From Tubulanus polymorphus (taxonomy: Eukaryota; Animalia; Nemertea): DNA of 64,000 nt. The stretch is from NCBI RefSeq assembly GCF_964204645.1, contig NC_134026.1, positions 20,804,150 through 20,868,149 on the forward strand, given 5' to 3'. The position numbers and the translations under genes are program-made. The notes below the pieces were generated by a model. That model searched no databases. It saw nothing but the letters and a program-made list of their open reading frames with translations, and was not told the DNA's origin. Positions 1-12,967 of this stretch are shown one piece after another (the stretch's first letter is position 1; each line of letters opens with the position of its first letter).

Positions 1-29
1 GTTTGACATAGCCTACTTAGAACCTGCGT

Positions 30-250
30 TGTCCTTGCTGGTGTGTGGGCATCCAGGCTTGCTTGATGAAGTCAAGAGTCTTCGGTCTGCTAGTTTCACA
101 TGTCGTCAGTCTTTTTATTTCCATTTCATTGACCATGGAATACCTCCACGTTTCTCTGGGCCATCCCCTATTTATTTGGGTTGACTAGTTGAGAGTGGTA
201 TTAGGACGAGCATTAGAGGGCATCCTGAGTAAGCTTACATGTTCTGGCCA
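30..250 (-). mobile_element. Decayed 3' fragment of an RTE-clade LINE ORF
   Basis: The minus frame from 250 reads WPEHVSLLRMPSNARPNTTLN*STQINRGWPRETWRYSMVNEMEIKRLT. This resembles the RTE C-terminal pattern WxGHVLRM...P..AL.W.P..KR.RGRP.xTWRR. It has one in-frame stop. Confidence 0.55.
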
Positions 251-523
251 GTTCCACTCTAAAAAACTTCGGAAGATGATATTTTCTAATTAAATGTATA
301 GAATAGTCCTGAGTTCAGTTGCTGAAAATGTGGTTAGATATAACTGTTGGATACACACCATGATTAAAATGCGTTAACAATTTTCACTATGGCATTTACA
401 TACCTTACAGATAACTCTCCAACCAACATTTCTGCAACTGGCTCATATTGAAGCACACCGAATATACAGCCTGATACTTTGTCGGTAAATTTGCCTCGAG
501 TTGTATAATCATTTTCGATGTAG

Positions 524-630
524 ATGCGGACACCGCCCTAAAACGCCAGGAAGCTATGGAGAACACACGCCGAAGGTGGCAAGAACAACACGATGCCCAA
601 GCGGCAAGATTTGCTGAAGAACAACGTAAA
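524..630 (+). CDS. SELENOS: Selenoprotein S, internal coding exon (coiled-coil/VCP-binding region); upstream exons lie outside the window
   Basis: Acceptor ttttcgatgtAG|524 and donor 630|GTAAGC; 107 nt, phase 1 to 0. Translation (D)ADTALKRQEAMENTRRRWQEQHDAQAARFAEEQRK resembles SELENOS '[31 protein letters not shown]'. Confidence 0.9.
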
Positions 631-649
631 GTAAGCAAAATAGTCTCAT

Positions 650-850
650 TTTCAGCCCACTTGGGACATAAGTCCCAGCGGGCTATTGCGTTCACTTTTT
701 ATTTGTTGTCTGTCCATCCGGAATTCATTTATGTTATTTTAGGAAGATTTGAAGATGCTTCAATGGATAATCTTGATATTTGGTTTGTTCCTACCTGATT
801 GCTTGGTGCTTCTTGACCACCCGTCCTTGGTCAGGTCAATATTTCAATCA
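650..850 (+). mobile_element. 5' part of an older copy of the same HINE family
   Basis: Shares gcccacttgggac..agtcccagcgggctattgcg..cacttt and gttatttt.ggaag.tttgaaga.gcttcaa with 1143-1300. Its matching diverged 3' end is at about 2665-2800 (cccaagtgggtacggtgtcc). Confidence 0.65.
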
Positions 851-1142
851 TATAGGTTCCACTTAGGTATAAATTTTCCAAAATTTATCAAAAAAATTTG
901 ACAATGAATCAATAGTTTACTACAGTTTTTCCTTAATTAAATCTCAGTGCTTTGCAAGAAATCTTGCGACAAAACAAAATATTACTGGCCCTGACGAGCA
1001 TTATATCCATTAATTGCAAACAGTAGCCAAAGATTGTCATACTGTAACCGAATGATTTTTTAACTGGGTCAAAATACCCAGTAAAGTTTACTTTGGCAGT
1101 CCACCAAACAGCTTTTGAACGCTTAAATTCGTAGAATTTCAA

Positions 1143-2404
1143 TTTTTAGCCCACTTAGGACTTTAGTCCCAGCGGGCTATTGCGTCCACTTTTCGTCCGT
1201 CCGTTCGTCCGTCCGTCCGTCCGTAGCCGGAATCCAGTTATTTTGGGAAGTTTTGAAGACGCTTCAAGGTAATGTCTTGATATTTGGTTTATACATGTAT
1301 CTACCCTAGACACATCTTCAGCCCAAAAACTGGCCCTATCAGAATCAAGATGGCCGACTGGCAGCCATTGTTGTTCGCCAAAATCAGCACTTTTTACACA
1401 TTTTCGAAGTTTACGAGGGAAATTTTGAAGACGATATGATCAATTACCTTGATCTTTCGAATATATTTGAATCTACCAAGGGCCCATCAGCATAAGAAAC
1501 ATTTGGTCCATCTGACTCAAGATGGCCGTCCTATGACCTTTTTAGTGCCCAAAAATGTCAATTTTGGCTTCCTACTGGTTTGCCATTTCTCATTGCAATT
1601 TGTGATGGGTATTCTTTGTAAAGGGATGTTTTATACCTGAGATAGGTATATTTGATCCGCCAATGATGACGCAATTGGCGGCCATCTTGGTGTCATTAGT
1701 ACTCATTCGTAGGTGGGAAAAAGTTTTTCGACATTATATTGTTACCTAAGCATATTTTGTTATTTTGTTACAACAATGAATTAGAAAGTTGTAGCGTATA
1801 ACGTGTTCTATGATTGGGGTGAGTTTCAAGTTCATTGTTTTTTGTATATGGCCACCAGGGGGCGTTGAATAATACAATATCTTAGTATTTCTATATTATA
1901 TTTGTACCAATACATATTTTGTTACCCCAATCAATTGCAAAGTTGTAGCTCATGACATCATCTATGATTGTGGTGAGTTTTAAGGAAATTAGTTATTCTA
2001 TATGGTCACCAGGGGGCGTTGAATAGTAGAATAACCTGGTATTTCCTTATTATATTGGTACCTAGGCATATTTTGTTGCCATGATCAATTGCAAAGTTGT
2101 AGTTCATGACATGTTCTATGAATATGGTGAGTTACAAGGTTATTGGGTTTTGAATATGGTCACCAGGGGGCGTTGAATAGTAGATTAACTTAGTATTTCC
2201 ATATTAAATTAGTAACGAGGCATTTTTTGTTATCACAATCAATTACAAAATCGTAGCTGCTGACATGTTTTATGATTGTATTGAGTTTCAAGGTCATTGG
2301 TTTTTGTATATGGTCACCAGAGGGCGTTGAATATTGAAATTGTTAGATTGTTGAGCATTTGAAACCACTTCCCAAGTGGGCATGGTGTCCCTGGACCCCT
2401 AGTT
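1143..2404 (+). mobile_element. Helentron-associated non-autonomous element (HINE/DINE-1-like) with an internal 154-bp tandem array
   Basis: It starts in a T-run, with a 5' hairpin TAGCCCACTTAGGACT-tt-AGTCCCAGCGGGCTA and a (GTCC)n microsatellite at 1194-1223. About 4 units of 153-154 bp follow (GG(C/T)CACCAG motif at 1851, 2004, 2158, 2312). It ends with the 3' subTIR CCCAAGTGGGC (2371-2381), a short GC hairpin and ctagtt. Confidence 0.75.
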
Positions 2405-4711
2405 CAATTTTTGTTTCAATCTTCTTGTTGTCCTTTCATATTGTTTTGCTTGTACCATTGTTTCTAAACTATGATTGACGAGGAACATGTGTATTGATAT
2501 TCCTATAAGAACGTATCACAAAGGATCGAGAGAATGTATCTAACAGCACTTCATAAAGAAAATGATTTTTTAGGGAAGGACCCCCAATCCCCCGCCTCAG
2601 TGCCTACTTTTAACATGTAGGCCCTAACCAAATAATTCTGTGATTCTGTGTAAGATAATGTCAGCCAATTGCAAAATTGACATTTTCTATGAATGTGGTC
2701 AGAAAGGTCCTTGGTTACTGTAGTTGTCCACCAGATTGAGGGGGCATTGAACATCGAAATGTCAGATTGTCAAGCATTTCCCCAAGTGGGTACGGTGTCC
2801 CTTCTAAAAAGTAGATTCGTAACCCAGTCGCACCAGGAAATGTATAGGATTGCTCCAATTACTCTTCCTTTGTGAATTGGGTTATTTCTGTGTGTTCCGA
2901 AAAAGCATGATATTTGTTTCAATATGATTCCAACACCTACAGTGTCTAGTCAAGAATATGGATGCTGCGACGTCGATAGGATTCAAACCGCTTTTTCGTA
3001 AACTTAACACTAAGCAATGTAAATTTGCGATATAAAACACTGAACATTCGAAAGGATTCTATACATGTATTATATGCAGCAGTACTGAACCAGTGGTAAC
3101 ATCTTGCTAGTGACATGAGGAACAATTGGCTATGGCTTGAGAGTGAACATTTACTAATTGTTCCCACCGTTACTGTGTAGCTCTTTCTATGGAGTTTCCT
3201 ATATTTCACTTAAAGTCGTATCAATTGCGAAGGTTAGCATTTTGTAATATCACCAGTACCGGGTAAAGATAGGCATCAGCTTTATGTAAAAAGAATCCTT
3301 TCTAAAGCAATCTAAAATTCATTCCGAATTATTTTTTGTTTCCATCATTTCTATGAGTCCTACTTTTTATGCCATCCTAACCGAATAATTCAAAGCCATA
3401 TTTGTTGCAGTGTACTTGTCACGTGTTGACAACAGGCTTCAACGACTGTGCAACATCCACTGCATTTATTGAGCTCATACATTCGGAATGTTTGCTTTAT
3501 CAGAAAATAACTCAGTACGAACAAATTAGATACAGTGATAAATTGTTGAGTAATTTTCTATCGGGATTTGGTATGAGTTTCTCGGAAGGCCCTGGTAAAT
3601 CTGTCGAATCTGTGTTTCGATCTCATGCGGCTATTATTTACAGTCAACCTGTAAATGTAAATAAAACATTAATCTGGATGTCCCTACCAGAAACGTCGAA
3701 ACTCATAGCTAGATAAATATGCAGTCTTGAATTGGCCATATTTTGTCGCCACGAAAAAATGTGGTTGCCAAAATGACATTTTAGTTTATTCATCTATTGG
3801 CCTGATTTCAGCACTACCCTCAGCTATTACGATTGTCATTATTAGAAACGTATCACATTTTTAGTAGAACAAGTGTAAAAAACCATTTGCTGGGGTTAAC
3901 CCGATTGAAAATGAATTGAGTAAGCCACCCGGGTTAAAGTTAATACCAGTCTATAAAACCAGCCCCAGGGTTTATTGGCTCCCGCGCTGGAGAAAGGGGC
4001 AACCTGAATCTAATCTTGGAGTAATTCAAATGATTACTCCAAGATCTAATATAGGGAGTTTTGTTTCAAATAGTTTGGCTTATCAAATGACTGGCTCATA
4101 GTATAGGCCTAAAAAAACCAGTTGCAGTGTACCGAACACCTCAGCTACGATCAGAGTTACTCTCAACATTTTCTTCGGAGAGAGCGTTAACTTTACACCG
4201 ACATAACGACCCATTTACCTCGCTGAAAGTGCATTGTTTAGACGATATTCGGATCCATACATGTGGCGTCGCCACTGCACTTCCAGTTCCCGTCATTAAT
4301 CCCGAGTCAAACGGTCGTAAAAATTTGCATAATCGCTCTCTTAACAATGATCGAAATCCGTGACCTGATCGAAATATCCTGAGCACAAAGTAGGGCCTAT
4401 ATAAGAAAGCAAAATGGTTCACACGATAAAGCGGGTTTCGATTTGGTCTCTGCCGATTCCGGAAGTATCTAACTGGCGCGTTCTTTTCGACCATTCGGAA
4501 TAACCTCGGAATAATTGTATGTCTCAAACGATTACTCCGAGGAATACATGTAATCTGTAAACCCGATTGAAGGCCAGTAGAGAGTTCGTAATCCGGAATC
4601 GCTATTCTCAAACATGAATAAGTTCAATCGTAACCTGGCTTATATGATATCAATGTATACCCTTTCAACGCAAGGCGTATGAAAAAAGTTCTGAGGAGAA
4701 AGAAAAACCTA

Positions 4712-4960
4712 TAGCCCCGATCACACTTGGAGACGGTTTGGCCTGGGCCAGATTATCGCGGATCAGGCCCCCAAGTCGAATTTGGCATGGCCTAATCAGA
4801 GAGTGGGTACACACGTAAACCACTGACCACTCGATACTAAACAATGCTCAAACAAAGCGCGGAGTGGGTAATTTCCTGAAACTGTTGCAATTTTATACGC
4901 AATCATTTGTCCCGGGCAAAATTTAGGCCGGACCAAAGACGCTCATGTGATCGCAGCTTT
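4712..4960. mobile_element. MITE family A (other copies at about 9347-9597 and 38727-39050)
   Basis: Termini agccccgatcaca / tgtgatcgcagct. The core cactcgatact(a/g)aacaatgct(c/t)aaacaaagcg is shared by three copies. Confidence 0.7.
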
Positions 4961-5265
4961 ATATGTCTGTAGAACTACTAGCAGCCTCTGTAACTACACT
5001 TCATGGTGTGGCGTAAAAAATTGTCCGACAAAAGTGCCAATGGTTTTCTATTTTCCGTGTTTGTTACCCAGTAATCTTTCACCTTGATGCGAGCTATAAT
5101 TAACCGAATACTTGATCAGTGATTAATTGATTAGAAATGTTTTCTTTAATATCCAAATGAAATGTCCATGAAAAGTTCTGATTTCCGATAGCACTTTCCG
5201 AGATAGAGGTCTACGACGTATTTTTCTCGTACGTAACTATGATATCTGTTTGATGTTTCTTACAG

Positions 5266-5355
5266 AAAGAGGACGAAAAAAGGAAAGATAAAATCGATGA
5301 TTGGGACAGACATCAAAGAGGCGAAGGATACAGATCGAAAGTGTATAAACCGAAG
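5266..5355 (+). CDS. SELENOS: Selenoprotein S, internal coding exon
   Basis: Acceptor tgtttcttacAG and donor AAG|GTAAGC; 90 nt, phase 0 to 0. KEDEKRKDKIDDWDRHQRGEGYRSKVYKPK resembles SELENOS '[24 protein letters not shown]'. Confidence 0.92.
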
Positions 5356-8300
5356 GTAAGCAATTTAAGAGTTTTCAGTGAGAAATAACAAAAAATTAAA
5401 TATTATTTGAGATTCTTTTACGTATTTGAATGTATCTATTATCTTGTATCTGTTATGATTTCAATGTTAATAAAGCTGTTTACATTTGCAAGTACTAACG
5501 AATATGTAATACGGCATATTCTACTAATCAGGCATTAGGCAAAGCCTCGTAATGCCATTCTTTAAGACCAAAATGTCATCCAACATTACGCTGAATTAAG
5601 TCGCGTCATTATTTTCATGCACTACACTTGTAGGATATGTTGTTTACGGGCAAACAAGTAAGGATCAAATCGAAATTTTCAAATGAGGATTATTCGGTTA
5701 TTTCACTGCAGCCCACAATACCGACAACAATTTTTTTTAACCTTGCTTACCCCATGAGATGGAGTGCCCACGCGTGATAATAAATATGTGCGCGACGCTA
5801 AGCTCATACAATAGGTTAATACCCTTCATTCAGTGTGGGTTTATAAGATGCTACGTATATATCTATAAGCAAGCGTGTATCTTGTTTTGATTGGAATTAG
5901 TTTCTGAGCTGCTCATTCAAGTTTAGAACGAGTCTCCGCTGAAATGTTTTGCAGAGTGTGGGATTAGTTTTTCTAATCACAAAGTGAAGGAACTTCCACG
6001 GAATTAGAATCTAATAAATTTGTGACATTGTAATCTTTTTAGTCACGTGTACGATGTGGCAATTGAAATATTAGATAGCCACTTGATTGCTCGGGCTGCA
6101 ACTGTTCCAACTCTTTCAAGATTTTTATTTTTTTGAACCTGATTCCTGTATATAAGCCGGGGTTGTGAGTTGAGATCGACTCATTGGTCGACTCTGCGAT
6201 TGATTTGTGAATCCAACAGTGGATATCAGTTCTCTAAGTCCAGTTTTTCATTTTTATCGTACCACAGATTTGATGGACTTGAAATAATTTGGAATGAAAA
6301 CATTTTTTTTTAAATTGAATTCGTTACACTAATAAAGTGATCGAGGAGGGGAATTTGAAAAAAAAATCTTTTTAATCGCTTTATTTTGGACAATGATACC
6401 TGAATATTGTCTATTCATTGCCTAAAACACGTAAGTGATGCCACCATTTTTGCAAGTAATGCTTTTTACTGAATGAACCTGACAAATATATCCATGAGAA
6501 CACCATCACCCACCACGATTTATTTTGTGCGTGATGTCAAAAGACGACGTAGTCGTGGAAATGAAATAATAAATGTTTATTTCTGTATCAATATCTATGT
6601 TTAAAAATGAGGGGGTGCCGGGAAAAATATAGAAATTATTTCTTTTTATACCGAGTAATCGGGAAAGTTCGTTGGCGGTTCCATGATAAAAAAAACAACA
6701 AAAGATCTTCATTGAAATATATTCATGTTGTGCGTGAAAAAAATATTTGAACGCATAAGATCGAAGTCCAATTAAGCGAATACAAATTGAGGGCTTTACT
6801 TACTGCATGTTGATTGTAAGTTAAAATGGACGAGTATCATTCGTCGTGTCGATACGTAAGAGATAATTGCTTTTAACTGTCATTCTCGTAAAGTGCCTCT
6901 TCTAAGAAAACTTAAGTGTTTAAACAAAGGGAAGCAAATCTTATGATCAGAACGTGATAATTTACTGTTTTCAAGCGATTAAGTATCGCCATGTATTATT
7001 TCCGAGGGTTCTCGATGTGACAGATTCGCCAGAGACGCACCGCTATTCGAATCATTCTAAAACGCTATACGATGAGCCTAAGTAACGTATCTCCCTAGTA
7101 CCGGTTGTAAATTTACAGTTTTTTTTTCTAAACGCTGAATTTTCGCCGCGACGACTCGAAACTTATGAATACTTACGATGCATATCGGATTTACGACGGA
7201 AGTCGAACGATCTGACTTGTCTACGGTCTAATTTCGATGTTATTGAGTTGACGTTAAGAATAGAGATTGATAGCGTTCTAAGCCATTACCGACGAAGAAC
7301 TTGTGCTCGCGGTTGTTGTTTTCTCGACGGGACACGTCGCGAACTGAAATTCCATATTCTTTCGAAAGTCGTCGTATGCGAGGCGAGAGTGGAGATCGTC
7401 GAACGCGCGTCTCCGCGATTTATATTTCAAGACATCCTATTCGCGGCGTGAGAACGATAGTAGCCAGGCGAAAGGCCAATCCACTAGGTGGCGTGTTGTA
7501 TGTCGGTTATGCTCGGCTGGTAATATTTTTTTTTCGGTGATCAACTAGATTTTATTTTTGAGTACACCCTGAATCCGTGAAAACCGTATGAATTTGAACG
7601 CTTTTCGTAACCTTGATATTTCAACAAATGCAACAAGCCAGTCAGCTAAATTCATCAAAAGATGTATAGAAGTCCCTCCAATGGTTAATATATTGTAGAT
7701 AATGAATGTATGTATTGTTGATACATTTGATATATTTTATTAAGAAAAGTTAATGTTTTCTGTTGTTTTGTAAAATATGTTATACATACTTTATAGTCTC
7801 CCATATTCCGTAGAAATGGTTGGAGTGTAAATAAAATCTTAATTCTAATCCTTACATAGTGAAACAATTGTTTCTATATCTATTTGAAAATCTTGATTTT
7901 GATGTTGTGGCCCTTATAGAAAAATAAATTCATTGTGTAGACGCTGTAACAATGTTCAAACTGTGGACAAGAAAATTTTTACCAACCCTTCAAACCAGTG
8001 TAAAACGCATATGAAATTTATGGTTCATTCTCATCGCCCAAAAATTTAGCTTCTACTCGACAAAAATCTGGAGGAATACAGAAATAGACTACAGCTGTGG
8101 GAAATTTTAGAAGTATTTTTCGTGACTACTTAGAAATGTTTGCGTGAGGTTGAATCATTCTGCCACGGTGTCCAACCGTTCAACATCACATCATTGCGGT
8201 GTCTCACTCTGTGAAACAGGATTTGATACCATCGAATAATCGTACAATTGCTCGGAACGAAAATATTTTTATCGGATAGAAAATGATTCATTTCAAAAGA

Positions 8301-11300
8301 ACGATTAAGACGAATCACAAAGTTTTTCGGTGTATGCTGAATATGCGTATATTTTGCGGAGTCTGTGTGTAAACCATTGTAAAAAACGCACTTAACATTG
8401 TAAAGCTTGAAATTTTGATCGTGCAAGAGACTGGGCCCATATCCATGCATCCACTAGGAAAATATGAAGGAGCGTCCAGAGGCTGATGGATGTGCCAGCA
8501 AAATATGTTTATCCTCCCCCAATAACAACAACTCGACGATAAAGTCGATCTACAAGCGCCAAAGACATACTCTCGGCTTCCGGGTTGAAAATTGCGTGTA
8601 TGTTTCCATTAGAATAGGTTAACTCCCTATATTGGCTGTATCTCAGCTTTCGATTTGTCGCACTGAAGGCCTAAGGCAGAAAAGCGAGGACGAACTTTTT
8701 TATTTTAGGACCAATCAAGGTGCCAGTGGTACGTAGCCCTTCAATTTGTCTATGTATACACAAATAGCTGGATCAATTTTTCAACTGAAGAAAACTTCTT
8801 AACCGCTATCAATAGTGAAAATGAAATGGCGGTCAATAAGTCAAAATATTCATATAATGTCGTAACTTAAAATCAATGTCGTGCCAGTTTCTGCATCATG
8901 CGTGGATGAAGATCTTAACAAATAAAAACCTCCGCGTCATGCGCGCGGTACGGATTCATCAATTATTATCGGCATAACTCGATAGCGATGCGACGATAAA
9001 TCGGAACAATCGTCTATTGTCTTGGGTGTTTTGTTGACGGCTACCGCGTCGATGAGTGACAAAACGCGGAAACCTTCGTATTTCGATTCGCTGACATTTC
9101 GCACCCAGAGACACAAAAGATCGGCTAAAAGTATGTCGCGTGCGCGCACGAGAAAATGAAATACCGAAGTAAAGAAAGTTTTCGGTTTCGGTATCCGGTT
9201 ACTGGTGTAGTTTTGAGACGTAGGAAGGTAACGCTATCCTAGGGTATCAGATTTACTGAATATTTTTCAATCTTGATCTTTGAAGTGTTCGCGTGAAATT
9301 TGTTTTGCACACGACGACAACTTTTACAGGCCCAAGGTCGACTTTAAACCCACGATCACACAGCAACGAGTTGAATTTGACCCTTGCCTAATTAGAGAGC
9401 GCGTTTACGCGTTAACCACTCAGACACTCGATACTGAACAATGCTTAAACAAAGCGAAGTGAATCAACTCAGGAACCAGTAGCAATTCACACGCAGTAGT
9501 TTGACCCTGCTAAAATTTGGTTCGGGCCTCGTCTGATGTTGGTCTGGCTAAATTTGTTTAAAACAAACATCGTTTTCAGGTCCATGTGCTCGCAGATGAT
9601 TTCGCGGATAAACTTGCGAGTCGTTTTGTGAAGCTCGAAAGCGTAAATATGAGGATTTTGAAACCGTGTCCTGCCTTAGATTGGGCCTCCAACGACATGA
9701 AACTTTCCGGTCAATACGGGGTCGTCACATACCCGAAGCACATTGCTACAACACTGTGAATGCATTTTCTATCAATCATGATTCAGATATAAATGCAGTA
9801 GATTTCACTTAATTCTGATGACCATGCCTATGGATTTCTTTGAATTAGTAAGTGAAAATCTGGATTGAAAAATCCGAATTAAGCGAGTTCTCTGGTAATC
9901 TTACAGCTCTAACTGATGACCAAATACCTCCTGGGTACGGCAGGGACGGATATATGAGGTTCATCCCTGGCAATGACAAAACTATTCGCTATCAGACAAT
10001 GCTATCAGACAATGCTTAGCCCTTATCTCTTATAGAAATTTTCCGGTGACATGTTCAGTCCGTTACTGGATGCTATTTCAGATCTTGCGTCTGTCACAGA
10101 GTCATTAGGAAGTAGTAATTCATGAGTCTCTGGATTATTCACCCATTCGATCGCTGATTGCCCGATTGCCATTTACGGATATACCGTATATAGTGTGCGC
10201 GAATTCTGCGCTGTTCATTATCGCAGCCGGGTTCTTCGGAAAGTCTTCGAAAGTTTTGGAAAATGGGAATTCCTTCATCAGGCCCTAGAAAAGCTATGGA
10301 AATTTTGTTTGTTTTTCTCTAAGGCTATGGGAAATGTGTGGAAAGTCGGAAAATGGCCTAAAAATAAAATTTTCCTTCCATATTCAATTTTAGACGTTGA
10401 GCCCAGATGCCTACTACCCACGTTTCATTTACTCATTGGAATTTTACTCAATCAAGTTTAAAGTTTTGAAGAATTTGTTAAGTAATGAACGTTACACGCA
10501 CACGATGCAGTGAAACGCAGAAACAATAGCGTTGAATGTTTCATGTTTCTCAAACGCGCTCAACGCAGGGAAATGTTCGTAAACATGTTTCTGTCTGCTG
10601 TTTTCCGTGTTTGCCTGAATCATGCGCGTCGGGCTTAGCAAGTCTGGTCCTGTGAAATGACGAACCTGATATAAGTTTGTGGAAAAGACCTCGCTGATTT
10701 TGCACCGTACAACATCATATTTCCCGGCAAACTGCGACTTGCCGTTGTATTTTTTTTTGCGGTGAATAATAGTTTTTGTGATCAGTTTCACTTGAAAGGA
10801 TTAACTCCTAAATCAATTCAATGTAAACTAGGAAGTAATGGAAATGTAATAGAAATTTAATCAATTAGGGAGTTTTTTTTCATTTTTGAGATTTACTGGC
10901 TATGATAGGCTATCATAGCCCATTAGATCCGCAATAGTCAAATTATTTCAAATTGGAAGCACATTGAACGTGGTCTTGGTGTATGTGGTCATATTTATGA
11001 TGCGTAATGGTAATATAAATCTTTGACTGGTTTAAACGTTCCGTACAAAATCCCTTAGCCATTCTCCATATTGTTGGAATACTTGTTGTCGAAATCAACT
11101 GCAGAATAAAAATGTTTCTCATGTGTGTGTTTAATGTATCTGGAATTGAAATGAAAAGCCTAAATAACTTAATGTTTAAAAATAGATTTCTCTTTTACTC
11201 AAACCACTAGAAAAATCAGCGTAAGACAGAAGATGTACTGCTCCTCGAAAGCTACGGGCGACTTCGCGCGGCGTACCTCCCCGATGACTGCCAGAGCAAC

Positions 11301-12084
11301 TTTGTCGACGGGAAACGACGTAGTTTTATAACTCCTGCCGGGAATACAAAAAACCCTTTGATTATAGTTCGTACTTCTCCGGCGATAGATTTTCGTGGCC
11401 GAAGGGCGTGAAAAGTCCGCCGAGTCTGCCACCTTTACGACAGCCTTGATTGCTCTGGGACTTTTCATTTTCCGTCCTGAATTCATCACAGACGCGACTA
11501 CGCGCGAAACAAAATGCTTAGTGATTTGAGGGCGAAAATGAGAATTAAGTGAAAAATTAGTCTCTTTTTTGTTGTTTTCGCGTTTCATTTGTTTTGTTTT
11601 CGGGGCATTCCTATAGATCGTGTATTTTCAACGGGCTCATCCATCAATTCCGAGAGAAATAGAAAAAAATCCGTTGATCTCCGACAAGATTTAAATCTCT
11701 CCCGACGCATCGGGATAAACGAGAGAAAAGAACAACGATCACGAATTTACGGTAATTTGAAAAATGCTGTATTTTTTCAACGTCGCACATTCAGAAGGGA
11801 GTGGGTCGTTCGGACATGAACTTCAAAACGATGCGATTGTGGATACTATTTTTTAAACGATTTCGCAGGCACGTGAACGATCGAATGACGTGTATGACAA
11901 ATTTTCAACGTTTGCCCCGGCTCGCCGTGTGGATTGTTCCGATAGATGCGAACTATATTGCCGCCAATAAACAAGTGCTTAGTTGATTTAGGTGCTGTCT
12001 AGATTGACGTGATACCTTACATGGTCACAAATGAGAGCGATTTATATTCTAAAGCCGGCAGCGTTTGATTGGATTTGATGATTG

Positions 12085-12090
12085 TTTATT
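12085..12090 (-). terminator. Candidate poly(A) signal of the NKY gene
   Basis: AATAAA on the minus strand about 540 nt after the stop codon. Confidence 0.35.
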
Positions 12091-12628
12091 TTTTCACCTG
12101 CCCATCGATTCGCGACATATATACACACACGACCATCATCATCATCATCATTATAGTCTATAAAAACTATCGCACACCAGGATCCAGTTCTTACATGTAC
12201 GTAGCGGCATGCAATCGATTTTTCGCATTAATGTTATATTGTCGTAAGATGAACTTCGGAACTGAACAGAAAAACCGTGTTGATATTCGACAATATCGTT
12301 TCTCCCATTTATAAGTTGTTCCATACCGGGACACGATTTCAGCTGGAAACGACGTGCACATACATGAATATATTTACACAGTTTCATAATCGCGAGCCGA
12401 ATTTAGCTGCTTCGATTGGTTCGTTCGTATATTGCCGCGCGTGTGTGTCGTGTGTCTGTGTTTTGGGTTTTTAATGTCAAAAAATAAAGTTTTCTAGAAA
12501 AAAAAAACGTTTGCAAGGTCTTATTAGTCTTTTAGTCTTATTTCGTATAAACTCGGCCGTGTGGTGTGGGGGGTTGGAGAGCGCACGTACGCGCGGTGCT
12601 CGCGCCGTCGTCGTCGTTGTCTAGATGA

Positions 12629-12967
12629 TTACCTACGTCTGCCGTAGCGCATCAGTTTGTTCGCGACGCCCTTGTCCGGGATGCCGCCTTGCGCCACCTG
12701 CGCGGCCAGCTCTGCGGGCACCTCGGCGTATCCTTGTCCCGGTAGCCAGATCCACGCCATTTCGCCACGTTTCGACGGCGCGGCGTCTATTTTTAAGTCG
12801 GACATCGCGTTCAGCTGGTGGTGTCGGCGGCCGGCGATTTGTAAGAGGCGCGCGATCGTCGGGTCGAATTTGTTCGTTCGGCGGAGATCTTTGTCGGACA
12901 ACGCGTCAGTTAACACGGCGCTTACGAATACCAGATAAAATAGTTGATATATCGTTGATGTCTTCAT
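12629..12967 (-). CDS. NKY: Neuropeptide KY type-2-like (NKY-2/LFRYamide-like) precursor, 112 aa, single coding exon
   Basis: Hydrophobic signal peptide (about aa 1-22), dibasic sites RR/GRR/KR, and a C-terminal 41-mer GEMAWIWLPGQGYAEVP...NKLMRY followed by the G-RRR amidation/cleavage signal. The WIW.P.QGY..VP...K.MRYamide pattern matches annelid NKY-2. The segment is GC-rich. A splice acceptor (tctttctatttttcAG, AG at 13006-13005) lies just upstream of the ATG. Confidence 0.88.
   Translation of the reverse strand: MKTSTIYQLFYLVFVSAVLTDALSDKDLRRTNKFDPTIARLLQIAGRRHHQLNAMSDLKIDAAPSKRGEMAWIWLPGQGYAEVPAELAAQVAQGGIPDKGVANKLMRYGRRR

Noticed and set aside
556-798. 80-aa ORF MENTRRRW... as a standalone gene
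   Set aside because: Only 524-630 is coding (a SELENOS exon); the rest reads through the GTAAGC donor into a HINE relic.
4141-4611. Longest ORF in the window (156 aa)
   Set aside because: It has a non-ATG start, no recognisable domain and Arg-rich composition typical of random CpG-rich DNA, and it lies in a SELENOS intron.
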